From contig JAXLNO010002460.1 of NCBI GenBank assembly GCA_038087875.1, positions 1 through 64,000 of the forward strand: a stretch of DNA of 64,000 nucleotides, written 5' to 3'. Origin of the DNA: Malacoraja senta. Lineage: Eukaryota. Made by a program: the position numbers and the translations under genes. Within the stretch, counting starts at the first letter, position 1, and each line of letters opens with the position of its first letter. Under the pieces are notes generated by a model, which saw only the letters and a program-made list of their open reading frames with translations, was not told the DNA's origin and did not search any database. Shown one piece after another: positions 32,151-45,500 of this stretch.

Positions 32151-35100
32151 GATATCCACCTCGTTCTTGAATGTATTTAATATATATTGGCCTCCACTGC
32201 CTTCTGTGTAGAAAATCCCCAAGGATTCATCACACTCGGAGTGGAAGAATTCCTCCTGTTATTGTACTAAAAGGCATCCTCTGAATCCTGAGGGCATGAG
32301 CCCTGGTTTTCGACTTCAATGATTTGTGATATCTTCCTGGGAACAGGTTTGTTCAATCCTTCCAAACATTATTGTTATCTATGAGACCCACTCTTACTAT
32401 CTTCTACTCTGGTGAATATAGGCCTAATCGACTCATTCTCTGCCCATACATCAGTCCTGCCAACACAGGAATCAGTTCAATAAACTATTGTCGTACTCCC
32501 TTAACGGCACCAACATCCTTCCTCAGATAAGGAGACCAAAACTGTGCACAAAATTCCAAATGGACTCTCACCAAAGCCTTGTCTAGTTGCAGCAGGTTTT
32601 CCGTTACTGATGTACAATAATATCCAGGTCTTGCTGCACCATCCCTTTTCCCAACTTATCTATATTCAGATAATAATTACTTTTTCTGTTTGTGAAACCA
32701 AAGTGAATAATCTCACATTTATCTACAATGAACTACACCTCCCACACATTTGCCACTTATCCCACTTGCCCAAATCACATTGGAGTTTGTTTGCATCCTC
32801 CCCACATATTCGCACACCCCACCCACAACCATAACCCCTGAAACACAGCAGCTGTGGAATCTAAATACAGTTAATAAGTTGCAATTCGAAATAAGAAACC
32901 AAATCGGCTGACTCAGAATTCTAATGGAATGTGGTAAAAACTCACCTGGTTTACTGATTCAGCATTCCCACGGGATCATCCTCATCCACTCCACTGGATA
33001 CACCCTCACGACCTCCAATTGAGCAGTCAAATATGACTTTTTTCACAAATCCATGCTGACCCTGCTCCATAATGTAATTATTTTCTTAGTGACTTACAGT
33101 AATCACACATGCTTGATTATACATTCCATTAACTGCTTATGTCAGGCTAATTGGTTGGCAGTTCCCAGTTCACTTGCTTCATAAACAGTGAGGATGACTT
33201 GTTACAAAGGCTTCCTCCCAAACACTGAAAGTAGCTTGGCTGCCCAATCAATGTAAGGTGACCGTGTACTGAAGAAGATAGCCAACAAAACGGAGTAATC
33301 AGCAGGTAGTGATGAACCTACTTGACCACATCTGCACCACTCTACCTGTGGCAGATGCACCCATCCATGACAACATTGGTTGAACATGTGCACAGTCCTT
33401 GTGAAGGCAAAGTGTTATCTTCACACTAAGGACACCTTCCATCATGATCTGTGGCTCTGGCAAACATGCTAACCTGGATAGATTCAGAACAAACTAGACA
33501 GCTTGAAACTGGGTGTACTTCAGATGTCCTGGACCATCGGCAGCAAAAATGTCCACCAGAAAAATAACCTCATTGCCCAGCATATCCCTCACCTCACCAT
33601 TACTATAAAGCCTGAGGAATAACACTAGTTCAGTGAGGAACGTAGATGCTCATGTTGGGAAAAGTACCACACATACTTGAACAAGTGGTGTCAGCTTAGT
33701 GAAGCTGCAGCAGAGGATTGCTGGCACATTTAACAATAAACTCAGTGTGGAATGATATAACCTAACAACTAATGGACCAGATCAAAGCCCAAAAGTCAGC
33801 CATACTGGGTCAGAAATGCTGGAAGACAATTTAAACAGGTAACTGGTGAAAGAGGCTCCAAACACATCCCTATCCTCAGCCATTATGCAACCTACTCTGT
33901 GAGTGCTAAAGATAAGGTTGAAGCAGGCACTTAAATGGGCAAGGCATAAAATACAGACCTAGCTTGGGTACATGGGATTGTGTAGATGGGCACTAATGTG
34001 GGCATGGATGAGATGGGTGTAAGGGCCTGTTGCTGTTCTGTGCAAATCTTTGAATCTCTGGTCACTTGCCTCAGATCTCCAGATCAGATAGCAGGAGGTA
34101 GAGGAGCAGAAATGCAGACTGGTGTAATCACAGACTGGTGTAAGAGGAACAGTTACTGCAATGGGATGTAATTCCCCCAATATTACTGAAGTATGAAAAG
34201 CTTAGATGGGGTGGAATTCATGACGAGCATCCAGCAGAGTATTTTTAGCCAATTAGACTAGTTGGTTAGACTAGTGCCTGTCTGTACTAGAACGTATTTT
34301 GGGAATGAGGTTCAGCAAGTAGTACAAGCGTCAGTGAGGAACATTTTGGGGATAGGGATTGCAATTCTGCATGATTCAAGGCAGTTGTGGAAAATGGTAG
34401 AAATACTCTGGAAGCTCATATCCAAAATTAGGGGAAGGCTGTTTCCATAGCATAAGCCAGGAGATGGAGAAAGTTGGCAGGGAGCAGCTGTTTGTGGGTA
34501 CAACAACAATCCAACCAGTGGAAAATTGTTTCAAAAGAGAGAGGGTGAGTGTTCAGGGAAAACATGTTCTCATTAGGATGGCAAGGTTAAAGGAATCCTG
34601 GATATCAAATGATATTGAGAGTTTGAAGAAAGGAAAGCAGTATATGGCTGGTACAAGTGACTGAAAATGGGAGAGTCCCTTGAAGAGCATATATATTGGA
34701 GGAGAGAAGTTAAAAATATATATTTGTAGGGCATTGAAGGGCCTTGAAACATCACTGGGATACGACAACATAGAACTAGTGTGAACGGGTGACCAATAGT
34801 CGGCGTGGATGTGGTGGGCTGAAGTGCCTGTATCCATGCTGTATCTTATTAAAAAAGATGACGGAGAAACTGAAAGGATTTTATGAGGATTTTAGGCGCA
34901 AGAGGGCTTGTTTCTATGATGGTCAATTCTATAATTCTGTAACTAGACCAGAGAGCTGAATTCCAATGGTGAGGAGACAGTGAGTGGCCGTGACACCAAG
35001 GCAACATTTGACCAAGTGTGATATCAAGCTGTCCTGGTAACACTGAAGTCAATGTGCATCGAGATGAAAATACACCAAAGGTTGGAATCAATGACCTTCC

Positions 35101-35900
35101 TTCTATCACAAAGTCAGAAGTGGTGTTGTTCACTTGTGATTGCAGCTCCTCAGCAAATGAACGAGTCCATAACTACATGCAGCATGACCAAGACAACATC
35201 CAGACATTGGTTGATATGTGGCAAGGTGGCCACCATTTACCATCATTTAATAGGGACCAGACATATGAACTGTACAGTAACGAGCAAACCAAAGGCTGGA
35301 TATGCCCTAGGTAAATGACTCACCCACTGACGGCACAGAGCCTTTCACCATTTGCAAGGTCCAAGTCAAGAGAGGACAGAATACTCTCCACTTGTTGAGA
35401 TGAGCGCAGCTCCAGTAACATTCCAGAAGCTCACCATTATCCAGGACAAGGCCACTCAAATGATTTGTACCTCATCCACCATCTGGAATATTCATTCCTG
35501 CCAACATTGGTGTAGACAGGCAGAACATTTTTCCCAGGATGGAAATATCAAACACTAGGGCCATACCTTTAAGGTGAGTGGGGTAATGTTTACAGCAATA
35601 TGCATGAGATGTATTTTACACACTTGGTGGTGAGTGCGTGGAACATGCTGCCTGCAATGGTGGTGGAGGCAAATATGATAGTGGCATTTAAGAGAATTTT
35701 AGATAGGCACATGCAGGAAGTGGAGAGATATGGATCATGTGCAGGCAGATGACAGTTGGTCTTTGCAGTATGTTGGCTACAGACATTATTGGCCGAAGGG
35801 CCTCTTCTTGTGCTGTACTGTTCAATGTTCTATGATCTGTGTTATATGTTCTACAGTGCTGATAGACTAATGCTATCTGGTTATTGTATTCCAATTTGCT
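32150..35900. mobile_element. Patchwork of heavily degraded CR1/L2-type LINE fragments
   Basis: Recognisable RT and 3' UTR motifs (ggagaccaaaactgtgcac, ggccgaagggcct, gaaggcctg-like) without open frames. Confidence 0.6.
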
Positions 35901-35964
35901 ATTAATAAAAAGCAGAATATTAAGACCATATATGCTACTCGAAGTTAAAGTGGGTCTGCTAGAC

Positions 35965-38351
35965 TATGTAAAATCAGGGTATTAATAATAAATTGAACTA
36001 ATTTCAATGCAGAAATTGGATTGGTGGAGGCAAGGTTGCAGAGAGTTGGTACTGTACCAATCAGTTTCCAGTATTTCAAATTGGCTTCATCAAGCTTGAG
36101 TACGTTATGAATGGAGGAGGATTGTCATCTAATCCAGTGGGAAATAACTCCTTGCGATATTGGACAATATTCACTTGTGTTAATACGAGGGAAGATAACA
36201 TTTCTCATGCTCCAACATTGTAAATAATAATTGCTACTTCATTTAAAGAAAGAGGTTGGAACTGTTTAAATCAGATGTCGCCTGAGTGTGAAAATAACAA
36301 ACATCTGTGGGCCGAGCAGGAAACAAGCTGTTATTTTAAGGAGAGGGGCTGTCCAGAACTGAAACAAGACGTTTCGATCTGCCTTTTATACCACTTTATC
36401 CAAATATCACAGTCTCTGGCACCCGGGACGTTGCTTTGAGTAGCTATCAGGTACTTGACTATTTAAAGGGACATTACATCTGGTGCTCTCTTTGAGCTAT
36501 AACAGTCAGCACAAGGATTGCTATAGATATTTCGCTATATTGGTTGCCTGATTAACTTCAACCCACTGAGTTTTCAGTGAATTCGGGGGGGAGGAAAATT
36601 TAATTAGGGCTGATAGCATGAAGGGCTGAAAGTGAATTCATCCCCATTACATAATATACGCCTGGTTTACTTTCCACTGTATTCAAAGGAATTGAGAAGT
36701 GATAGGAAAGAACTGCAGATGCTGGTTTAAATCTGGAGAGAAGGAATGGGTGAAGGGTCTCGACCCAAAACGTCACCCATTCTTTCTCTCCAGAGATGCT
36801 GCCTGGCCCACTGAGTTACTCCAGCATTTTGTGTCTACCTTCAAATTGAGAAATGAAGTGAGTTGTACAACGGGGTTTGAATTCAATCCACATATTTAAT
36901 CCACACAAAGTTAAACTGCCCTTGTTTGTCCTTCCATTCTCATGACCTTCCTTTTACTATTACTTTTTGGTCAAATCTACCCTCCAAGTCTAAAATCTGT
37001 GAATCAGCCTGGTCTGTGCATCAGCAACATCAGTCTCACTGATCCAGTGACCACTCCTCCCTTGGGTCACTGTACAGCTAGTGAGGACATGCAAGTTCAA
37101 GTGTAACCAATTGGCCCAGTGCTACCCTCCTCTCACACCCACCGCTCAGGAACACTGATGGTGAGCAGGTGGACAAATTCTAAGTGCGTCTGATCTGTAA
37201 TCCTGGTCATCTCAAGGAAGATCTCATGGCATAAGACCATGCACCTTCCTATTCTGCACACTCTCCCACCACAGTCAAAGCTATTTCATGCAGAGATAGT
37301 CAATTGCCCATGTCTGTATCTACATATAATGGTTATAAAGACACACAAGGAAATTGTCTCCCTAGGAATAAAGACAAAAGCTAAACTTAATGACAAAAGG
37401 CCACATCCCGTATCTCAAATTATAGCATTGGAACAGTGTATAATCTGTCCCAGGATAAGCAGCATAATGGGCACTTGAGAGCTGTGGAGCTGAAGGATAG
37501 GAGGGTGCCCATGAGACCACAAAAATAGTCAAGTCTAAACCTCAGGTTAATGTTATCTAACATATGACCAAAATTAAAAGTTAACACAATTCATTGATGC
37601 ACTCAAAATTGGAGCACTCTGCCTTGTTATCTGCTGGAGAGTGAAATTGCTCAAGCACAGGTCTACAGATTTGACATCCATGACATATTCAGCAATCACT
37701 TCACTTTTCATGGTTCTTCAAGCTCAACAAAAGCAACTTGCATTAAAAAATACCATTACAAAATTGGAAAAACTGCAAGACCATTTTCCGAATTTTGACC
37801 CAGAGATTAACAATCACACCACGTGTTTGAAATCAAAGTAAATCACTTTGTGCTCAATGTGAGGCTGGTTCATAAAGCCATGCCCTGGCTTTGTGGTATC
37901 CCAAGGGGTGAGTGCGTGAGCTGGAGAGGGTAAAAGTGAAGAGCTGCTGGCAGTAAGGGAAAAGTCATGTTGGAGTCAAAGCACAAACCTGGGGTAACGT
38001 TATAATTGGGGTAAGAGGGTCACATGAAGCAAGAGGCAAACAAACTCTCAAAAGGAAAGGGGTCACAGGCAAAATGATACTATCCCAGTGCACAAAGGAT
38101 TGAGACCTTACCAGATATAGCAATGTTTAATTTGCCTGTTCTCTGCTCAGGGAAAGATGAGGTAAATGTTATTTTGTCCCACAGAATTGCATGTGACTGA
38201 GGGAGAGATTTTGCGCAATTTAATCAGAAACTGAATTACAAGACTCCTTACACTTAAGAATGATGTGAATGAATGATCTGTGAATTTGAAATATTGCAGA
38301 AATTTGGGAATATTTGAAGTCAATTTAATTTACACAAAGAGAAGAAAATGT

Positions 38352-38386
<35 letters not shown>

Positions 38387-38860
38387 AAAGGGTTGTTGAT
38401 TTTAACTGTTCTGCGCTGGGAGGAAGTTGAGGTATTTGTTATGTCCCAAAGAGTTGGATGTGACTGAGAGAAAGAACTTGTGCAATTTAATCATAAATTG
38501 AAGTTGCAGGACCTCTTACATTTTAGGAGGCACTGTCACTGTGAAAATGCATTGTGTGAAGAAGAGAGCTCTCTCAGCTTCCACCCTCTTTCTCTAGTCT
38601 TTGGAATGAGTGTTAAAGATGTATTTTACTGGAGATCTTTAAAATATTTTATCGTTTATTTATTCCTTAAGAATCCCAATAAAGGAAAACTAAAGGAGGG
38701 ATTTGTTTTTTATTTCCCATTTTAAAAGGTTGGTGTTTCCTTCCCTCTCTTTTCTTTTTCTTCATTTATTATCTGAACATCTAAAGCATATATTACTAAA
38801 TATCCTTGAATCTGAAATACTCCTTTGGGAAATAACTTGGGACAGTTGGGTGAAATCTCA
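35965..38860 (-). repeat. Left arm of inverted spacer duplication (blocks ~35965-36500, 36990-37180, 38395-38860)
   Basis: Each block aligns by eye to the reverse complement of 42010-42555, 41510-41690 and 40270-40770 respectively. Confidence 0.85.
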
Positions 38861-40269
38861 AATATTGACTTCCAATTGCAAATACTTTATCCTCGAAAGG
38901 CTAGTCTTGATATTTACTATGCTTTTTGCATTTCTAACCATATTCCAGTTTTTCAAATGTGTGTGTGTGTTCAACTAAAAGCATAAGTGGCTGGAACAAA
39001 CACAACATTCAAACTAGACTGAAGAATGGTCTCAACCTGAAAAGTCACCCATTCCTTCTCTCCAGAGATGCTGCCTGTCCCGTTGAGTTACTCCAGCATT
39101 TTGTGTCTATATTCAGCGTTCAACTTTGAAAAAGTGATTTTCTTCAATGCCCATGTAAGGCATTCAGAATTTGTATTCCTCAGATCAGTTTCAGCTACAA
39201 AGGTTTAAAAACTGCAGTTGCCAACAAATGACTCATCATCACTGAATAGAGTTCTGAAAATAAACCATTGGTTTTGATTTGGTTACAGGTTAAAACAGCT
39301 TTAGATTTTAGACTCTGGAATTCAATTATTTGGTCTGTGTTTTTAATCCAGAGTTTATGAAGATAGCAAGTTCTTGGGGAAATCCAAACTGGGCATCAGT
39401 GAGTTGGTCACTTTAGAATGAGTGCCACTGTTGACAACAGATTGCATCACTTTACGGATGATTGATTGGTATTTAGCCACGTTAAATTTGTCCTTACTTT
39501 TGTGGATTGGTCATAACTTTGCATTTTTCTAAGGCAAAAGCTCAAGCTGCTTCATCTGAGCAGCCAAGATTAAAGAATGTTCCTCATACAATGTGCTTTG
39601 AAAGGATCTTCATATTATTTAAGGGGATTGAAGAAGGGATGGTGTCCAACCATACAATTTGATCATCTTGGGGTTCTGAAGATGAAACAATTGGTGCACT
39701 TTGATGTACCATTCATTTATGTAGCAAAAGTGGAAGCGATAAAGTGGGTGGACTGGTTCTGGCAGGATGGACTCAAACTCGATGCCGGTTATTCTGTCTG
39801 TGTAACAAAATAAAACACGCTACCCCAGCATGTGTTTTATTTTCACAAGGATCCCTGGAATGCCTCAATGCCAATAACTACAAGTCAGCTCTTCACCGAG
39901 TAATCAGTCTATGGAAGGGAAAGGAAAATCATGTCACCAACTCACACTGAGAATGCCAATGCAGGTAACAATTGAAGATAGGCACAAAGTGCTGGAGTAA
40001 CTCAGTGGGTCAGGCAACATCTCTGGAGAAAAAAGATGGGTGACGTTTCAGGTTGGGACCCTTCTTCAGTCTGAGGCCAATTGGCCTCCCTCTTTCCTGT
40101 GAAATGTGAAAATATGGAATATTTAAAGTGCAGAAATTCAGCACAAATCCTTTCACCTCTGTCTGATATTATGTATCAGTTTTATATCTGCCTTGATATA
40201 AGTGCAACACATTACATAAGGTCAAATTATATTTTCCCATCTACATCCTCCAGCTTCACTTTCTAAATT

Positions 40270-42555
40270 CTGTTTGAGATTCCTCCAAACTGCCCCAAAT
40301 CATTAACTAAATTAATAATTAAGAATCAATTGTATTTGATCAGGATTTTCATTCCTAGAATTCAAGAAACACACATAGAGTACCAAGTTAACCTGAAAAG
40401 CAAAATGGATTGTACAATTCAGATTATTATTTCTTGCAAAACTATAGTCAGGATATCAAATCCATGCCTGAGTTTTCCTGCATTAGGGACCATTGTGAAT
40501 AACTGTAAAACTTTTAAATTCTACAATCTATTAAATTTTTATCACTCATGCCAAAATGGAGGAAGAGAGAATATGTGGGCAGAAACTGAAAGAGTTCCCT
40601 CCCTAATGCAGCTCAGTCACATTGTGGCTTTGCCTCCTAAAATGTAAGAGGTCCTGCAATTTACTTTCCCATTAAATTACACAGAATCTTTCCCTCAGTC
40701 TCATCCAATTCTTTGAGTCATAATAACAGTACATTCAACTTCCTCCTTGTACAGAACAGCAGTCAATTGCNNNNNNNNNNNNNNNNNNNNNNNNNNNNNN
40801 NNNNNNNNNNNNNNNNNNNNNNNNNNNNNNNNNNNNNNNNNNNNNNNNNNNNNNNNNNNNNNNNNNNNNNNNNNNNNNNNNNNNNNNNNNNNNNNNNNNN
40901 NNNNNNNNNNNNNNNNNNNNNNNNNNNNNNNNNNNNNNNNNNNNNNNNNNNNNNNNNNNNNNNNNNNNNNNNNNNNNNNNNNNNNNNNNATGTCTCTCAA
41001 TCCCTTGTTCTTCCTCTCTATGTGCAAAGCAAACTGATTTCAAAAAATCCCATAACTCTGCAATGCTGTAATCTCCAAGATCAGTCACACACATCACTCT
41101 CAAGGGTGAAACGTGCAGGGAAACCTAAAACACAATAATTCACATTTCAAAATCGAATTTCAAATGGGCAGGCTTTAAAAAGAAAAGAATGATAGAAAGT
41201 ACTGATCCTGCAAACTCTCACATTCAAACACCCCACATCAGCCAGAACTCCAGTAGCCTCCAAGCATCCTCACTTTCTAATCTTCCAACCTGTTTCCTGG
41301 ATCTGACTGATTGAAGACTCAATTAGGTCCTCGGTGCACTGGGAAAGGGTGAACCCCTTGGGACGTGGAAATTGAATAAACCTTTGACTGTAGTGGGCGG
41401 GTGTACCGTCTGGGAAGGTGCACCGGCTTATTGGCAACAGTCTTGGCAATGCAAGGTCATCTTTCTCTAGATGTCCTGCAACACACAGCAGAACTCAGCC
41501 AGTATTTCCTAACTCCTGCTCACCCTCATTACCCCCGATTGCTGGGTGTGAGAGGACGGCAGCACAATGCTATTAGTTTCACTTGAACTTGTCTCTCCAC
41601 ACTCAATGTCCGGTTCTCAATGGAAGAGAGGCCAATGGGTCAGTGGGACTGACGTTGTTTATGCACAGACCAGGCTGATTCACAGATTTAAAAAACGAAG
41701 AGATCAATTCATCAAAGAAAAATAATAAAATAACATCATGAGGACACAAATATACAGAGGATCAGTTGGATGAATGTAAAGTGGATGACATTGAATTGAT
41801 GCTGCATTCTGCATCGAACTACACCCATTTCTCTGATTTCAGTGGAAAGGAAACCAAGCTTTTTCAATGTAATGGAGGTGAATTCGCTGTCATAATTTAA
41901 ACCAACAACATGAATTAACATTTCCTCCCAGAGAATTCAGAGAAATATCTAAGGAGTGAAGTTATTCAGGAAAACAACATGCCTGAATTTCTGAAGCAAT
42001 TCTTGTTCTGACTGCCACAACTCAATGAGAGCACCAGAGAACATGTCCCTTTAAACAGTCAAGTGCCTGATTAATACTCAAAGTAACCTCTATGATAGAA
42101 GAGAAACTATGATATTTGGATAATACGGTATAAAAGGCACAATCTAAACATCTTGCCTCAGTTCTGGGCAGCCCCGCTCCTTAAAATAACAGCTCGTTTC
42201 CTGCTTGGGCCGCAGATGTTTGTTATTTTCACACCCAGGGTGCAGCTGATTTCAACTGTACCAGACCTCTTTCTTTAAACAACAAGGACATTTTTATTTT
42301 AAAAGTTGGAGCATTGAAAAGAATGCTTCTTCCACATTTACACTGCTCAATAATGCCGGAATATCCCATGGAGTTCTCTCCCACTAGATTAAGTTACAGA
42401 CCTCTTTCATCACAATATAAACCAGTGTGCTGAAGCTGATCTGAAATACTGTAAACTGATTGGTGTAGTACTAACTCTCTGCAGCCTTGGCTCAATGAAT
42501 ACCATTTCTCTATTAAAATTAACACAGTTGACTTCAATATCCTGATTTTATTTGA
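40270..42555 (+). repeat. Right arm of inverted spacer duplication
   Basis: e.g. tgcacagaccaggctgattcacagattt (~41662) is the rc of aaatctgtgaatcagcctggtctgtgca (~36993); cctcctaaaatgtaagaggtcctgcaa (~40633) is the rc of ttgcaggacctcttacattttaggagg (~38503). Confidence 0.85.
40771..40989. other. Assembly gap
   Basis: N run. Confidence 1.
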
Positions 42556-45500
42556 ATTAGATTTATCACACTGATCAATTTAATGCATGAGTACAATATA
42601 TGACCAACAAGGCACTACTGTTCATTGATAGCATATTAAAATTCAACTGACAACGGCATGAGTACATCAGCTCTATTTATAAGGTAGACACAAAATGCTA
42701 GAGTAATTCAACGGGTGAAGCAGCGTCTCTGGAGAGAAGTTTTGGGTTGAGACCCTTCTTCAGATAGCTCTATTTATAATATCAGTTCTATGGAGTGACA
42801 AAGAATGATTCACAGGTGAAAAATGGAAACAAACACACAAAGGTCCCGACACAAAATGTCACCTATCCATGTTCTCCAGAGATTCTGCTTGACCTATTGA
42901 GTTACTCCAGCACTTTGTGGGGTTTTTTGTAAACCAGCATCTGCAGTTCCTGCAGTCTGTAGAAGGGTCTTGACCCAAATCATCACCCATTCCTTCTCTC
43001 CACAGATGCTGCCTGTCCCGCTGAGTTACTCCAGCATTTTGTGTCTATCTACAGTTCCTTGTGTACACAGTAATGTTGTCTGAACAAAAACTGAACGGTT
43101 CACTTCCATTTTCCATCAAGTCTCCATTTTTAATATTTTGCTGTGAGGATTCTGTTGTAAGGAGAATATTTCAGACACTTTGTGTGGTTCACAGCTACCA
43201 ACAATGCAACTTAACATGCATCATTGTTCTCAGGGTTAAAGGATTCTAAACAAATGAGAGAGTCATAGGATGGAAGCATTGGATCTGACCAAGGAAGGTG
43301 TTTGCTGGAGCTACAAGCTGCCATTTAATCTCCATGACTGGACAGGGCAGAAACAAAGCAGGAAACTGGGAAATATCTGCATTACTAATAACTACCTTAC
43401 TAACCACTCCAAGTCAGGAGGTGCTCAACTGGAATAGAGCTGCTCGCATTGGTGTCACTGTCTCAGCATCAGAGTTCAACATTGGAGGGTAAGAATCACA
43501 GACTCGTAGAATGGTTACATCACGGAAAGGTGCCTTTCAGCTTGTTGACTCCATTCCACCTCTATGTAAGAGAAGTCAGCGTCTCAACCCCCCAGTCCTC
43601 TCCCCACAGCCCTGCAGGTTCAGATACTATACATATCCAATTCCTTTCTGAACATTGCAATGATGCCCCACTGGTATTGCATTATATTATGCTCTCTGTT
43701 GCGCTGCTGCAAGTAAACATTTCATCATTCCATTTTGTGACATGTGACAATAAAAGTCCCTTCACTCTTCTTCTTCACAGTCACTCAGCACTCTCCATAT
43801 AAATAAATTTTTCATTCCCTTTTATTCCATTCCCCCTGATTCCTTGCCCTCTACTGATGTAACAGTCTCTTCCTTTCTACTGTCGATTCCTTATAAGCTT
43901 TTAAATACTACTGTGAGATCTTCATTATCTGAACAAGACAATCCACAGAACCAAAGTCAATCACATTTTAGTTACATTTTAATTTCTCCGTCAAGCTTTA
44001 TTTGTCCTATCTGTGATGTAAATCCTAGTGCCATCTTGAAACATTTGTACTCGTCATCAATGTGTAAATGCCAGTGCCATCTTGAGGCCAGGAGTACAAG
44101 CTGGGGAGTGTGCCTGTGCCTCGTGACTGATGACAAGTGACCTTCTAGTAGTTTCTGTTGGTTGTTGGAGATAATAAACTTTTCTTACAATATGTTGGAC
44201 ATGTATTAATTGTGCTAGTCACAACAGGATCATACAGTAGACATTACACTATCTGCCACAGGAAAGTGGTAGTGACCTGTCATCTGGAATGTCCACATTC
44301 CTTTTGGTGAAGGTGCTCCAAGAGTGTGGGTGGATAGGGAGATCCAGGATTTATACCCATTGACAATAAAGCTCCATCAATATATCTCCAATACGGATGC
44401 TATTGAAGCTTAGAAGTGACCTACACGTGGTGGTGCAACCATGCATCTTCTGCCATGTGCTCTTGGTAGACGAACTCACAGTTTTTAAAGTGTTATCATT
44501 GTAGCCTGGGGAAGTAACTCCAGAGCATTTGTAGATTGGACACAGTAGATATTGTACTCCAGTGTTAGAAGCAACGAATCTTCAGGGTGGTGGTTAAGCA
44601 GCCATCAAATGGCTTGTCTTGTCTATGCCTTGTCTGAGACAGTGTTAAACATTAGGAATGTTGTTGGAGCTGTGTTCATCACGCTGGATGAAGAGTATTC
44701 TAATCAAGAGCACTTGACTTGGACCTTGTAAATGGTGAAAGTTTCTGTGGTATCTGGAGTTAGATCAATCAATTGAACATATGCTGCATTTGGCCTTCCT
44801 GTTCGTGGAGAATTCACAACTGGTCCAGTTGAATTTATACTCAATGCTGATCCTCAGGAAATTGGCCATGGTGGGGAGGGGGCTCAGAGATAGTGATGCC
44901 ATTGAATGCCAAGGGTAGGCGGTTAGACTTACACTTGTTGGACATGGTCATGGTCTGGCATTTCTATATTGTGGACATTACTTGCCACTTATCTACCCAT
45001 GTTTCAACATTGTCTAGATATGCTGCATGCTGAAAGGCATTAAGGTCCCCAAAGAGAGTACACCTGCCACCTCACCACTTTCATTTCTTCTCCCATGGTT
45101 TTTTGATGTGAGCCAGCGGGACTTCCATTGAACCAATCCCATTGTATAAGATAGAAGAAAACTGCTCACTACCAATCTGTTAGACTGGCATCAATAGTTG
45201 CTGAAACCTACAATCAAGGGTGTGAGTTCAGGCCTCCTAGGAAATAATTACATGATTAAGCAGAATCAGCACAGATTTGTGAAAATCACACTTTACTGAG
45301 CAATTGGATTTCTGAGGATGTATCTGGTAAAATAGATGATGATACCATGGGATTGCTGAATAATTGCTAACTCAATGTGTAAGATGCCCAGAGCTCAACA
45401 GAAAACACCAATTGTGGCCAAACCAGTGTTTTCTAAAAGTTCCTATCATGACTTACTTACTGTTGCTCTCTCTGTCTCTGCTGATTTATTTATTTAGCGA

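Larger units (their letters stand above)
36733..43050. repeat. Dispersed Penelope-derived ~100-bp repeats (36733-36840, 39017-39110, 39975-40070, 42680-42765, 42838-42950, 42955-43050)
   Basis: Consensus ctgaagaagggtctcgacccgaaacgtcacccattccttctctccagagatgctgcc..gagttactccagcattttgtgtcta. Confidence 0.8.

Noticed and set aside
36328-36340. MEF2-like site in the mirrored block
   Set aside because: TTATTTTAAG is one base short of the YTA(W)4TAR consensus
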